Assembly (NCBI GenBank): GCA_964401385.1
Contig: CAYNYF010000005.1
Coordinates: forward strand, 5,810-69,809
Length of the DNA stretch: 64,000 nt
Source: an uncultured Planctomycetaceae bacterium
Lineage (GTDB): Bacteria > Planctomycetota > Phycisphaerae > SM23-33
Reading direction: 5' to 3'
Shown: positions 9,596-19,388 of the stretch, piece by piece
Layout of the letters: each line of letters starts with the position of its first letter
Position numbering within the stretch: the first letter of the stretch is position 1
Position numbers and translations under genes: made by a program
Notes under the pieces: model-generated
What the model was told of the DNA's origin: nothing
What the model saw: the letters and a program-made list of their open reading frames with translations, nothing else
Databases searched by the model: none

Positions 9596-9902
9596 GCCGA
9601 ATCCTCCGACGGAAACGATCGAGCCATCACGGACTATCCTTATTATACCGCATTCGGGCGAACGCGCTCACTGCCATCGGCCGGCCAAGAAGCGTTCGGC
9701 CCCGGCCAGTCGCCCGCGCGGAAGCCCGAACAAACGTTGCATTCCGAAAACAATCCACGAAGGCTTGGAAGTGACCCGCGTCGATACATATCATGACCAG
9801 GGAGGCGACGGCGTCACCTCTCGACCGGGCTGATTGGCATTCGACACGGGCGGGCTTAGCCGAATCCGGGCGAAGTCGGCTCGCCGGCAAAGGAGACACA
9901 AA

Positions 9903-10079
9903 GTGCTGCCGCTGAGGATATTGGCCGGGGCCCTGATCGGCGCCGCCGCCGGCGTCCTGATGGGCCGGGCACGGCTCTGCCGGACGGAAGGATGCAACGT
10001 CAAGGCCAACATGGTCGCTTCCATCGTGGCCGGGGCGGTCTTCGGCGCCGCCGTTGCGTTTTACTTCAGCCACCGATGA
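9903..10079 (+). CDS. Small hypothetical membrane protein (about 58 aa, GTG start)
   Basis: AGGAG RBS followed by GTG (aaaggagacacaaaGTG). Product has two hydrophobic segments (ILAGALIGAAAGVL, IVAGAVFGAAVAFYF). Weak call. Confidence 0.3.
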   Translation: MLPLRILAGALIGAAAGVLMGRARLCRTEGCNVKANMVASIVAGAVFGAAVAFYFSHR

Positions 10080-10271
10080 AGCATCCGGAGAGGTCTCCCG
10101 AAAGGCGAGAGGTCCAATGAACGAGCGAACCGTTATCGTCGGAGGCGTTGCCGCCGGCGCGGCGCGACAACGTGCGAAATCTCGCGGGAAGCGACGGCCT
10201 TCTGAAGCGTGTGCCGAAGCCGGCAAAGTGACTGTCCGGCAATGGCGCGCTGGTGAGGGGAGGATGGACAC

Positions 10272-11243
10272 ATGAGCAACGAACACGGCGAACTGTTCAC
10301 CCGGCATCCTGTCAACCCGATTTTGAGGGCTGCGGAGTGGCCGTATCCGGTCAACTCCGTCTTCAACGCCGGGGTGACCACGATGGACGGCCAGACGCTG
10401 CTGCTGGTCCGCGTGGAGGACCGGCGCGGAATGAGCCACCTGTGCGCCGCGCGGAGCGCCGACGGGGTGACCAACTGGCGCATCGACACCAAGCCCACCT
10501 TCCCCGCCGACCCGGCCAACCACCCCGAAGAACTCTGGGGCATCGAGGATCCGCGCATCAGCTTCGTGGCCGAGACCGGCGACTACCTCATCGCGTACAC
10601 CGCCTTCAGCGAGGGCGGCCCGCTGGTCGCGCTGGCCCGGACGCGGGACTTCAAGAAGTTCGAGCGACTGGGCCCGGTGACGCCGCCGGAGGACAAGGAC
10701 GCGGCCGTGTTCCCGGTGCGCTTCAACGGCAGATGGGCGCTGATCCACCGGCCATCCGCCGGGGAAATCGGCCTGGGCGCGCACATCTGGGTGTCCTTCT
10801 CCCCCGACCTGACGCACTGGGGCGATTTTCGAATCCTTCTCCGCGCCCGGCACGGCGGCTGGTGGGACGCCAACAAGATCGGGCTTTCTCCGCCGCCGCT
10901 GGAAACGCCGGAAGGGTGGCTGCTGATGTACCACGGTGTTCGCATGACCGCCTCCGGATGCATCTACAGGCTGGGGCTTGCCCTGCTGGACCGGTCCGAC
11001 CCTACCACGGTGCTTCGCCGCAGCGACGAGTGGATCTTCAGTCCCAGGGAGGTCTACGAGAGGCAGGGAGACGTCGAGCAGGTGGTCTTTCCCTGCGGCT
11101 GGGTGGTCGAGGGGGACGAGATCCGGCTTTACTACGGCGGGGCGGACACCTGCATCGCCCTGGCCACGGGCAGCCTGCGCGAGGTAATGGACCACCTGCT
11201 GGGCCTGCCGGCGTATGAGGCCCCGAAACCTCCCCCGTGCTGA
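10272..11243 (+). CDS. Glycoside hydrolase family 130 (beta-mannoside phosphorylase/hydrolase family, 5-bladed beta-propeller)
   Basis: 323-aa product with GH130/DUF377-type motifs (NPIL, EDPRI, MYHGV, LYYGGAD). GGAGG RBS. Confidence 0.8.
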   Translation: MSNEHGELFTRHPVNPILRAAEWPYPVNSVFNAGVTTMDGQTLLLVRVEDRRGMSHLCAARSADGVTNWRIDTKPTFPADPANHPEELWGIEDPRISFVAETGDYLIAYTAFSEGGPLVALARTRDFKKFERLGPVTPPEDKDAAVFPVRFNGRWALIHRPSAGEIGLGAHIWVSFSPDLTHWGDFRILLRARHGGWWDANKIGLSPPPLETPEGWLLMYHGVRMTASGCIYRLGLALLDRSDPTTVLRRSDEWIFSPREVYERQGDVEQVVFPCGWVVEGDEIRLYYGGADTCIALATGSLREVMDHLLGLPAYEAPKPPPC

Positions 11244-11264
11244 CAAGGCACAGGCGAGACAGCA

Positions 11265-12707
11265 TCAACGCTCGGCCAGGGTGGCAACGTATTCGCTGAG
11301 CATCTTCGCGTAGCTCGCCGCGGCCGGGCCGGGCTGGACTCGGCGAGTCTCGCCGGCCATCGACCGGTGCAGTTGGTCCAGGGAGGTTTCCTCCTCCAGC
11401 ATGGCCCGGGCGAGGATGGCGGCCCCGAAAGCGCTGATCTCGGGCTCGGTCGGCAGCGTCACCGGCCGGCCGACCACGTCGGCGACGATCTGGGGGGTGC
11501 ATCGGCTGCGGGCGCCGCCGCCGCACATGATCAGCCGACGCGCCGGGCAGCCCGCCACCTCCAGCCAGCCGATCTGCCGCGCCAGCTCCATGCACAGGCC
11601 CTCCACGGTCGCGCGGAGCAGGTGGGCCCGCCCGTGGGCGAGCTTCAGCCCGTGCACGCTGCCGGAGGTCGGGCGCCCCCCCCCGCCCGTGCCGGACAGG
11701 AACGGCCACAGCCTCAGTCCGTCGGAGCCCGGCGGAATCGAATCGATCACCTTGTCGATCGCCTCGGGCGATTCGCCCTCCAGAGCGGTCATCGCCAGGG
11801 CCCAGCGAAAGGCCGAGCCGCCGACGACCAGCGAGAGCATCTGCCCCCATCGCCCCGGCAGGACGTGATCGCACACCCACGCCGACGGCACCACCGGGCT
11901 CATCAGCCGGTCGGTCACCGCCAGCAGGGCCCAGGCCGTCCCCGCCCCGAACATGACGTCGCCGGCGTCGATCGCGCCGCAGCCGAGGGCGGCGGCGTAC
12001 TGGTCGTGCACGGCCGGTCCGACGGGAATGCCGGCGGGCAGGCCCGTCAACTCGGCGGCCTCGGCGCTCAGCGGCCCGGCCGCCTGCCGCGCCGACAGCA
12101 AGTCGGGAAGCTGCTCGGCCCGCAGGCCCATCAGCTCCAGCACGTCCGGGTCGGCCTGGCGGAGGGAGGGATTGTACAGGCAGCAGATGCTCAGCGACGA
12201 GCCGTCGTGGGCCCCCCGCCCGCACAGCCGCCGCACGATGGTGTCGCCCACGAAGCCCACCCGGTTCGGCCAGGCGAGCAGCTCCGGCCGGCGCCGCCGC
12301 AGCCAGAGAAGCTGCCCCAGGGAGATGCCGCTTCGCCCGTGGCCCAGGCGGGAGGCGAAGTACTCGCTGCCCATCCGCTTCGTCAGTTCCCGGTCGAAAG
12401 GCTGTCCGCGCGGGTCCATCCAACTGATTACCGACCCCAGGCAGGTCCCGTCCTCAGCGCGGATCTGCATGGCCGCGCCCTGACTGGAGACGCCCACCGC
12501 CCGCACCTCACCCGGCCTGGCGCCGCCGGCGGCCTGGCGAACGGCCTCCAGCGTCGCCTGCCAGATCCGCTCGATGTCCTGCTCCACGCCGCCGTCGGGG
12601 GTGTGAACCAGCGGCACGGGCGCGGACCCCCTGGCCGCGATCACCCCGTCGGCCTCGACCAGCAGGGCCTTGACGTTGGTCGTTCCCAGGTCCAGTCCCA
12701 GCAGCAT
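11265..12707 (-). CDS. FGGY-family carbohydrate kinase (xylulo-/ribulokinase-like)
   Basis: N-terminal LGLDLGTTNVKA motif; 480 aa; typical FGGY length and C-terminal domain. Confidence 0.85.
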   Translation of the reverse strand: MLLGLDLGTTNVKALLVEADGVIAARGSAPVPLVHTPDGGVEQDIERIWQATLEAVRQAAGGARPGEVRAVGVSSQGAAMQIRAEDGTCLGSVISWMDPRGQPFDRELTKRMGSEYFASRLGHGRSGISLGQLLWLRRRRPELLAWPNRVGFVGDTIVRRLCGRGAHDGSSLSICCLYNPSLRQADPDVLELMGLRAEQLPDLLSARQAAGPLSAEAAELTGLPAGIPVGPAVHDQYAAALGCGAIDAGDVMFGAGTAWALLAVTDRLMSPVVPSAWVCDHVLPGRWGQMLSLVVGGSAFRWALAMTALEGESPEAIDKVIDSIPPGSDGLRLWPFLSGTGGGGRPTSGSVHGLKLAHGRAHLLRATVEGLCMELARQIGWLEVAGCPARRLIMCGGGARSRCTPQIVADVVGRPVTLPTEPEISAFGAAILARAMLEEETSLDQLHRSMAGETRRVQPGPAAASYAKMLSEYVATLAER

Positions 12708-12710
12708 CGC

Positions 12711-14120
12711 CTAAACCTCAACGTATTCAGCGCCCAGCATCTCGGCGGCGATGGCAAGCCGGCCGCGGGCGTCGCCGAAGCACACGGCCAAGTGGTGCGG
12801 GCCGCCGGCCCGGGCATAGGCCGTCAGGAACTCGCGCACGTCGCCGGGCGGGCTCATCTTCGAATGCGGCACGGCCAGTTGCGGCAGCGGGCCGAAGTCC
12901 TCGATCGTCATCGGCGAGGCGATGATCCGCCATTTCTGCCCGGCCGCGAGCGTCAGCGCCGTCAGCGTCGCCTCGCCGGGCTGGAAGCTGCACGCCAGCG
13001 CCAACTGCCGCCCGCGAATCGGCACCAGCGACTTCTTGCGGGCGACCATGCACACCTTGCGGTCCTTCCGGGCCATGGCCACGTTGGCCTCGCCCATGTG
13101 GCTGACCAGCACGGCGTTGCCGGCGAAGTCGATGGTGAAGATCTCGCTGAAGCTGGCCGGCGGGTGCAGCCAGCCCAGGAACGCCGACCCGGCCGCGGAG
13201 ATCAGGTCGCCCTCCCCGCCGAAGCCGACGGCCTCGCCCAGCAGCCGGCTGGCGGCGACGAACGGCAGCGTCTCCACCCTGTCGTCCTCGCCGAAGGCCA
13301 GGAACTGATACGTCAGCGCGTCCAGCCGGTTGTCGCCGACCATTCCCCGCAGGGCGATCTCCGCCCGGGCGGTGGCAGACAGATCTTCGTCGGTGACGTC
13401 CGCGGCGATCTCGTAGGCGTCGCGATACTCCGCCGTCAGCCGGGCGACGTCGGCCGGGGCGGCCTGCCCGGCTCGCCGGACGTACTCAGCCACGGTCAGT
13501 GCCTGCCACTGACAGCCGAGCGTCGTGGCCATCATCGTCGTATCCAGGCCGAAATCGCCCATGCCCGGAAACGGATAGCCCAGCAGCCCCAGCCGCGCCC
13601 TGCCCAGCCGGCTGACCGCGTAGCCGGCGCGGATGTGGTCGGTCAGGGCGGCCACGCCCGCGGCATCGTCCAGGTGGCTGGTCACGTAGCCGAACGGCAC
13701 GCCGGAGCGGACCAGCACGTTGCACAGGTCGTGCGTGCCGTGGACGCCGTGATTGGCGGTCAACTCGGCGTCGCCGTAGGAAGCGTCCACCGCGTACAGC
13801 TCCTGCGTGTTCCAGACCACGATCGGCAGGCGCGTCCGCTTCAGCGCCGGGGCGGAAATCAGGCTGGGCGAGTACGAAAGCAACACCACCAGCAGGACGT
13901 CGACCCCGTCAGCCTCGAAGCCCGCCACCGTCCGCTCCACCGCCTCGCGAGTGAAGACCGCCCCGCCGAAGCGGACCTCGGCCACGTCGGCCAGGGCGGG
14001 CATGAGCCGCTCGCGGACGAACTTCTCCCGGCCCTGGCGAAGCTGGGGTCCGGACCTCTCATAAAACTCCAGCGTCAGCCCCAGCAATCCAACTTTCGGT
14101 CGACTGGAATTTTCCGGCAC
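12711..14120 (-). CDS. L-arabinose isomerase family protein (AraA-like)
   Basis: Blocks alignable to E. coli AraA (GEGDLISAAGSAFL vs GEGDWKTAALLRIM; LVSHMGEANV vs LVLGSHMLEV; AGGPHHLAV vs AGGAHHTVF). GTG start with AGGAGAG RBS. Confidence 0.75.
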   Translation of the reverse strand: MPENSSRPKVGLLGLTLEFYERSGPQLRQGREKFVRERLMPALADVAEVRFGGAVFTREAVERTVAGFEADGVDVLLVVLLSYSPSLISAPALKRTRLPIVVWNTQELYAVDASYGDAELTANHGVHGTHDLCNVLVRSGVPFGYVTSHLDDAAGVAALTDHIRAGYAVSRLGRARLGLLGYPFPGMGDFGLDTTMMATTLGCQWQALTVAEYVRRAGQAAPADVARLTAEYRDAYEIAADVTDEDLSATARAEIALRGMVGDNRLDALTYQFLAFGEDDRVETLPFVAASRLLGEAVGFGGEGDLISAAGSAFLGWLHPPASFSEIFTIDFAGNAVLVSHMGEANVAMARKDRKVCMVARKKSLVPIRGRQLALACSFQPGEATLTALTLAAGQKWRIIASPMTIEDFGPLPQLAVPHSKMSPPGDVREFLTAYARAGGPHHLAVCFGDARGRLAIAAEMLGAEYVEV

Positions 14121-14151
14121 GGCGGTCTCTCCTGACAGGTTGGCGGCTGGG

Positions 14152-14943
14152 TCAGTCCTCGATTTCCTTGCGAACCGGCTCCAGGAAGCTGCGGGGAACG
14201 TCCCTCGCCAGCAGGTCGTTGAAGACCTCGGCCACGGCCGAGGCGTATGTCTCGAGCAGCCGGCGGCCCAGCTCGGCGGTCGCGCGGGTGGCGCGGCCTT
14301 CCACGGCGTCGGGCAGGTCGGTCACCGAGGGCACGCAGAAGACGCCCTCTCGCCCGCGAAGTGCCGGGAACGGAAACTCCCGGCCGTAGAGATCGGTCGG
14401 ACCGTCCACGGCCGCGGACATGTTCACCAAGTCCGGGCGCAGGGCCAGCATCAGCGAGGTCTCGATCAGGCCGGCGTGCGTGATCGGCTCGGCGGCGATT
14501 CTGCCGGCTACCTCGGCGGCCATCTCGTACGGGCTGACGTCAACGTACATGGCGTGCGTCCCCCGCCAGCGCAACTGCCACACGGCCAGTTGGGCCGCCG
14601 GCAGGTTGCCGTGGCCCTGGACGAAGACAATCTTGCGGAAGCCGAGCCGGTGAAGGTCGCCCGCCACGTCGACCAGTTTGGCCAGCAGCGTCGCCGGCGA
14701 GACGCCCGCCGACGCGAACGGCCGGGCCCACTCCACCACGCTGTACCGCACCGTCGGGAAGATGGCCACTCTCTCGGCATCACTGGCGGCCGCGGCGCGG
14801 GCGAGGATGCCCTCGACGATCAGGCTGTCGGTCCCGCAGGGAAGGTGCGGGCCGTGGGCCTCCAGCGACCCCATCGGAATGACCCCGACGCCGCCTTCGG
14901 CCGCCCGACGCAACTGGATGTAGTTGGCTTGTTCGGCTTCCAC
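14152..14943 (-). CDS. Creatininase-family amidohydrolase
   Basis: VIPMGSLEAHGPHLP metal-binding motif typical of the creatinine amidohydrolase family. Confidence 0.8.
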   Translation of the reverse strand: MEAEQANYIQLRRAAEGGVGVIPMGSLEAHGPHLPCGTDSLIVEGILARAAAASDAERVAIFPTVRYSVVEWARPFASAGVSPATLLAKLVDVAGDLHRLGFRKIVFVQGHGNLPAAQLAVWQLRWRGTHAMYVDVSPYEMAAEVAGRIAAEPITHAGLIETSLMLALRPDLVNMSAAVDGPTDLYGREFPFPALRGREGVFCVPSVTDLPDAVEGRATRATAELGRRLLETYASAVAEVFNDLLARDVPRSFLEPVRKEIED

Positions 14944-14968
14944 GCTGCTCGATGCCTCCGGCCCGCCC

Positions 14969-15928
14969 TCACCGGGCGGGGAATTCGATCGGGACCCTTC
15001 TCTCGCTGGTCTCGCTACTGCAATCCGCGGCCACCGCCCCGGACAGGACCAGCTCGCTGTTCAGGATTTGCAGGATGCTGGCCGGCACCAGCGGCGTGAC
15101 CGGCCCGTGGGCGGCCAGGCGGGTGACGAACCGCTGCCACACCGACTCGCCGCAGCCGAAGCCGTTCCAGAAGCTCACGCGCTTGGCCCCGGCCAGCTCC
15201 CTCGGCCCGATGGTGGCGGCCTTGGGCGGCGTCCAGGACCAGTCGCCGGCGCTGCCGGCGTCGGCGTACAGGCAGTTCTGAAGGATGGTGATCGGGTGCA
15301 GCTCGACGATCCTGGCCCCGGCCTGGAGGTAGGCGTCGACGTCGTCGCCGAACTCGACCCCCAGGTGCGGCTCGAAGAAGGCGATGTGCCCGCCCCAGCC
15401 GATGCCGCCGTAGCAGACGTCCGCCCCGCCCGCGTCCTCGAGCATTCCGCTGTAATCGTTGACGTTGTCGGTGCTGGGGAAGTGAATCTGCTCCTCCGGC
15501 ATTCTCAGCTCGGGCCTGATCCGGCCGAAGAAGTCCTGCCACATCCAGTACTGAAAGCCGCCCTTCCAGTCGCGCGGAGCGGTGTTGCCGTCCTGGTCGG
15601 CGTACTCGTCCATGTTGAACGTGTGCACGTGCCGGCAGGAAAGGTTCAGCTCGTTGATGGCGTGGGCGGCCAGGGCGTAGTTGGGGTTCGGCGCCGGCAG
15701 GATCATCACGTGCCGCCGGCCCTCGTCCAGGCTGCGCTGGATCCCGGCCACGATGTCCAGCACGTAGCCGAACTGAAAGGCCGTCTCGTTCTCGATGATG
15801 CGGATCTTGAAGTTCGGATTGGCATGCCGGCAAAGATCCTCCTTCCCGATCTTCCGGACCCGCTCGCACACGGCCGCATCTCGAAAGGGGAGGAACCGGG
15901 CCATCTCATGGGCAAAGCCCGCCGGCAT
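14969..15928 (-). CDS. Glucosamine-6-phosphate deaminase/isomerase (NagB) superfamily protein
   Basis: HTFNMDEY motif (NagB TFNMDEY). GAAAGGAG RBS. Confidence 0.75.
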   Translation of the reverse strand: MPAGFAHEMARFLPFRDAAVCERVRKIGKEDLCRHANPNFKIRIIENETAFQFGYVLDIVAGIQRSLDEGRRHVMILPAPNPNYALAAHAINELNLSCRHVHTFNMDEYADQDGNTAPRDWKGGFQYWMWQDFFGRIRPELRMPEEQIHFPSTDNVNDYSGMLEDAGGADVCYGGIGWGGHIAFFEPHLGVEFGDDVDAYLQAGARIVELHPITILQNCLYADAGSAGDWSWTPPKAATIGPRELAGAKRVSFWNGFGCGESVWQRFVTRLAAHGPVTPLVPASILQILNSELVLSGAVAADCSSETSERRVPIEFPAR

Positions 15929-15955
15929 GTCGCGCTCCTTTCTCCCCGGCGCGTT

Positions 15956-17098
15956 TCATTGCATCTGCGGCAGATCGACCGCGGCCTGCGTCTCGGCCGA
16001 TTCGCGAACCGCCTCCAGCACGCGCTGGAGGTGAATGCCCTCTTGCAGCGAGGGGCTGGGCTGGCCCCCCTCGGCGATAGCCCGCAGGAACGAGTACAGG
16101 CTGTGGACATGGCCGCGGACCCAACCGACGGGGAACTTCGGTCCGGGGAACTTCCCGCCGGGGGCGGGGTACCGGTGCACGCAGGCGATCTGCTGCCAGC
16201 CGCGCCCGCCGAGATCGCCGTCGGGCGGTCGGCCGTCGTAGATCTCCAGGTAGTTCGGCTGCATGGAGTTGAAGCGGATCGCCCCGTGCCGGCCGTGAAT
16301 CTCAAACCGCAGCTCGTCCTCCGTGCCCGTGGCGATCTTGCTGACGTCCACGCTGCCAAAGGCGCCGTCGGCGCTTTGCAGCAGCACCAGCGCCGCGTCC
16401 TCGACGTCGATCTTCATCATCGTTCCGGGCTCATCCAGGCTGGGGCGCTCGGCCGCCCAGATCCGGCTGAGACAGTGGGCCCGCTGGAACGGCCCGATCA
16501 GCCACCACAGCAGGTCGATCACGTGCGAGCCCAGGTCGCGGATCACCCCGCCGCCGGCGGCCGCGGTCGACTTCCAGTTCACCGCCTTGTTCGGATCGGC
16601 GCTGCCGCTGTGCAGATACGCCGCCCGGAAGTGCGTCACCTTGCCCAGGAAGCCCTCCTCCAGAAGCCCCCTGGCCTTCAGCGTGGCCGGGTAGAACCGG
16701 AACTGAAACGCCACCTGTGCCTTCGCCCGGTAGCCGGCAAGCAGCCCGGCAAGTTCCTCGGCCTCGGCCAGACTGGCGGTAACGGGCTTGTCGACGTAGA
16801 CGTGCTTGCCCGCCTTGATGGCCGCCGCCAGGGCCGGGAAGTGCGCCTGGTTCGGCGTGCAAACGTGAACCAGATCCACGTCGTCGGCCTCGATCACCTC
16901 CCGCGGGTCGGTCGTGTGCCGCTCGAAGCCGCCGGTCTCGCGCGCCGCCGCGGCCAGCTCGTCGGTGAGTTCGCAGACCGCCTTCAGCCGGCAGGCGAGA
17001 GGCTCCGGGCTGTAGTACAGGGGGATGGTCTTGTGGGCGAACGTATGCATCTTGCCCATGAACCCAAACCCCAGCACGCCCACGCCCAGAGTCTTCAT
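15956..17098 (-). CDS. Gfo/Idh/MocA-family NAD(P)-dependent oxidoreductase
   Basis: Start taken at MKTLGVGVLGFGFMGKMH (Rossmann GxGxxG) with GAGGAG RBS. The track ORF up to 17572 is an upstream extension. Confidence 0.85.
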   Translation of the reverse strand: MKTLGVGVLGFGFMGKMHTFAHKTIPLYYSPEPLACRLKAVCELTDELAAAARETGGFERHTTDPREVIEADDVDLVHVCTPNQAHFPALAAAIKAGKHVYVDKPVTASLAEAEELAGLLAGYRAKAQVAFQFRFYPATLKARGLLEEGFLGKVTHFRAAYLHSGSADPNKAVNWKSTAAAGGGVIRDLGSHVIDLLWWLIGPFQRAHCLSRIWAAERPSLDEPGTMMKIDVEDAALVLLQSADGAFGSVDVSKIATGTEDELRFEIHGRHGAIRFNSMQPNYLEIYDGRPPDGDLGGRGWQQIACVHRYPAPGGKFPGPKFPVGWVRGHVHSLYSFLRAIAEGGQPSPSLQEGIHLQRVLEAVRESAETQAAVDLPQMQ

Positions 17099-17133
17099 GC
17101 CGCGCTCTCCTCGGTGCCAATCCGGATCGGCCG

Positions 17134-18144
17134 CTACAATACGGTCTCCAGCAACTTCATTCCATTTCCGAAAAAGACGGCCTCGAAAAAGCCTCGCCCC
17201 AGGTGCAGCCGGCCGGCCGCCTTCTTGATCGCTCGAAGCTCCTCGTACAGGAACGCGGTGAAGATAAGCTTCTGCTGCTCGTCGGAAATCGACAGGTGCC
17301 ACGGAACCGGCGTCACGTACGTGTACTGGTCGTTGATCTCGACGGATTTTCCCGGCGCCAGGGCGATGGGAGTATCCGTGGCGAACAGGATCTTCTCCTG
17401 CGGCACCCGCCGGAAGAGATACTCCATCACCTCCCAGTTGTTCAGCATCGCCAGGTCGAAATACAGGTTCGGCAGGTCCTTCAGTCCGGCCAGGTTGCCC
17501 ACGATGTTCTTGAGGAAATACGCCCTGCCGATGTGTGCAAGCACGATCTTTGCCCGCGGCCAGGCCGAGCAAAGCTCCACGATCTGGGCCTGGTTGAGCG
17601 GATCGGCCAGGCGCCGGCTGCGGGGGATGTGCAGCATCACGATCAGGCCGAGATCGTCGGCCACGCGCATGATCGGCTCCGGGAGCATCTCGTGGATTTC
17701 CACCAGGTTGGGGTCGTCCTTCCTGACGTAGTCCAGGTAGGGCTTGAGGCCCAGGAAGCCCGACTCGATCACGTCGCGCCGAACCTCGCCGGCATCCTCG
17801 GCAGGGTCGACCAGGCGGAAGCCGAAGAACTGCCGTCTGTCGGCCCCGGCGGCGACGTATCGGTTGTTGGCGACCATATCGTACTGGACGTGGGGCAGGC
17901 CGAAGCAGACGGCCGACGTCTCCCGGCCGGGATAGGCCTCGGCGAGGTCCTGCCGCAGATCGTCGAAGCCGTACCTGCTGATGAGATGCCCGGCGGAGGA
18001 GTAGGTGTGCCCGGCCGGCAGAGTCTTCTCGTCGAAGACGTGGACGTGAAAGTCCAGCACCCTGGCCGGCACGAACTCATCCAGCTCTTCCCGCCAGATT
18101 GTCAGGTTGCGCGGGTGTTTCGTCGTCTGGCGCCACACGGGCAA
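17134..18144 (-). CDS. Amidohydrolase-2 family (TIM-barrel metal-dependent hydrolase/decarboxylase) protein
   Basis: DFHVHVF metal-binding motif and the ATDTPIA region typical of amidohydrolase-2. Start uncertain (TTG at 18144 or a downstream GTG). Confidence 0.7.
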   Translation of the reverse strand: MPVWRQTTKHPRNLTIWREELDEFVPARVLDFHVHVFDEKTLPAGHTYSSAGHLISRYGFDDLRQDLAEAYPGRETSAVCFGLPHVQYDMVANNRYVAAGADRRQFFGFRLVDPAEDAGEVRRDVIESGFLGLKPYLDYVRKDDPNLVEIHEMLPEPIMRVADDLGLIVMLHIPRSRRLADPLNQAQIVELCSAWPRAKIVLAHIGRAYFLKNIVGNLAGLKDLPNLYFDLAMLNNWEVMEYLFRRVPQEKILFATDTPIALAPGKSVEINDQYTYVTPVPWHLSISDEQQKLIFTAFLYEELRAIKKAAGRLHLGRGFFEAVFFGNGMKLLETVL

Positions 18145-18195
18145 TTGCTTTCACTTTCGAGGCCCGCGGCCTGCGGCAGGCCGTCGCGGGCGAGA

Positions 18196-19335
18196 TTACG
18201 CCGGGGCGTCGCCCCAGTCGGGCACGTCCATCCATTCGCCGTCCTTCAGCGCGGATTTGTGGGCCATCACGCCGGGGGCGAAGTATCGCGCCGCCTCCCA
18301 GGCGTTGACGCTCGGCCGGCGGCCGGCGGCGACGGCATCGACGAACTCGTGCACCAGGTAGGCGTGGGAGCCGCCGTGCCCGCCGTAGACCTCCACGTCG
18401 CTGGAGCTTTCCCGGCTGAACGCCTCCAGCACCTCCGGCGGCAGCGGGTCGCGCATCTCCTCCGGCGCCAGCGGCGTGATGTCGCTCTTGGTCACCCAGT
18501 GCGCCCCCCAGGGCTCGTCGATGAACGAGCCCTCCGTGCCGAACAGGCGGAACCCCTCGCGGCCGCCATGGCCGACGCGGCGGTACTCGCACACGCGCGC
18601 GACCGCCCCGCCGCTCAGCCGGAAAAACGCCGTCTCGTTGCTGAAGACGTTGCCGGAGACCGTATCCTGGCGGAACCAGTCGTCGTTGGGGTGCACGTAA
18701 CCGATGGCCGAGACGCGCGTGACCCGCTCCCTCATCACCGAGAGGAACCCGCCGATGGAGTGCGTGGGATAGTGCATGGGCACGCCGCCGCTGTGGGAGA
18801 TGTCCCACTGGTCGCCGCGGCGATTCCGCGCCACCTCGCGCAGGCCGTGGTCCAGGTCGTGAAGATACTCGCCCTCGGCCAGGACGAAGTTGCCGAAGGC
18901 CTCCTCGGCCGCGCGGCGGCGGCAGTACATCGCCTGCGGGCGGTAGTAGCTGGTCTCGCCCATCATGTAGTGCATGCCCGTCCGCGTGCAGGCGGCGATG
19001 ATCTTGTCGCACCAGTCGAGCATCTTGTCCCCCTCGGCCAGGCAGATCATGGGCACGGCGCTGTAGACGTGCTTGCCGGCCTCCATGGCCTGGATCGCCT
19101 GCGGGGCGTGCAGCCACGGCTGGGTGATGATGGCGAGGGCCTGAACGTCGGTCCTGCAGATCTCGTCCAGGCTGGCGTAGGTCTCGGCGATGCCGAATCG
19201 CTCGGCCACCTTGGCCAGCCGCCCGGCCTTGACGTCGCAGAGGGCGATCCGATCCACCAGGGGATGGTCCCGGAAGAGCCGGACGAACCCCTGCCCGAAC
19301 ATCCCCACGCCGACGATGCCAATGCTGATTCCCAT
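18196..19335 (-). CDS. Gfo/Idh/MocA-family oxidoreductase
   Basis: Start at MGISIGIVGVGMFGQGF (Rossmann). The track ORF up to 19746 is an upstream extension. Confidence 0.85.
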   Translation of the reverse strand: MGISIGIVGVGMFGQGFVRLFRDHPLVDRIALCDVKAGRLAKVAERFGIAETYASLDEICRTDVQALAIITQPWLHAPQAIQAMEAGKHVYSAVPMICLAEGDKMLDWCDKIIAACTRTGMHYMMGETSYYRPQAMYCRRRAAEEAFGNFVLAEGEYLHDLDHGLREVARNRRGDQWDISHSGGVPMHYPTHSIGGFLSVMRERVTRVSAIGYVHPNDDWFRQDTVSGNVFSNETAFFRLSGGAVARVCEYRRVGHGGREGFRLFGTEGSFIDEPWGAHWVTKSDITPLAPEEMRDPLPPEVLEAFSRESSSDVEVYGGHGGSHAYLVHEFVDAVAAGRRPSVNAWEAARYFAPGVMAHKSALKDGEWMDVPDWGDAPA

Positions 19336-19388
19336 GGTTTTCCCTTTCGCGTCTTTGCTCCGGTTCGCTTGTCTTCCTGCCCCGCGGC

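Noticed and set aside
9627-11246. 539-aa minus-strand ORF
   Set aside because: Antisense/out-of-frame overlap of the GH130 gene; low-complexity R/P/G-rich product.
12700-12715. Apparent 1-nt discrepancy between my manual position count and the ORF-track coordinates at the FGGY/AraA-like junction
   Set aside because: Track coordinates are internally consistent (lengths divisible by 3) and match my counts elsewhere (1788, 6450, 10272, 12483, 12922, 17098, 19335). I therefore used the track coordinates. My independently derived start positions may still be off by 1-2 nt.
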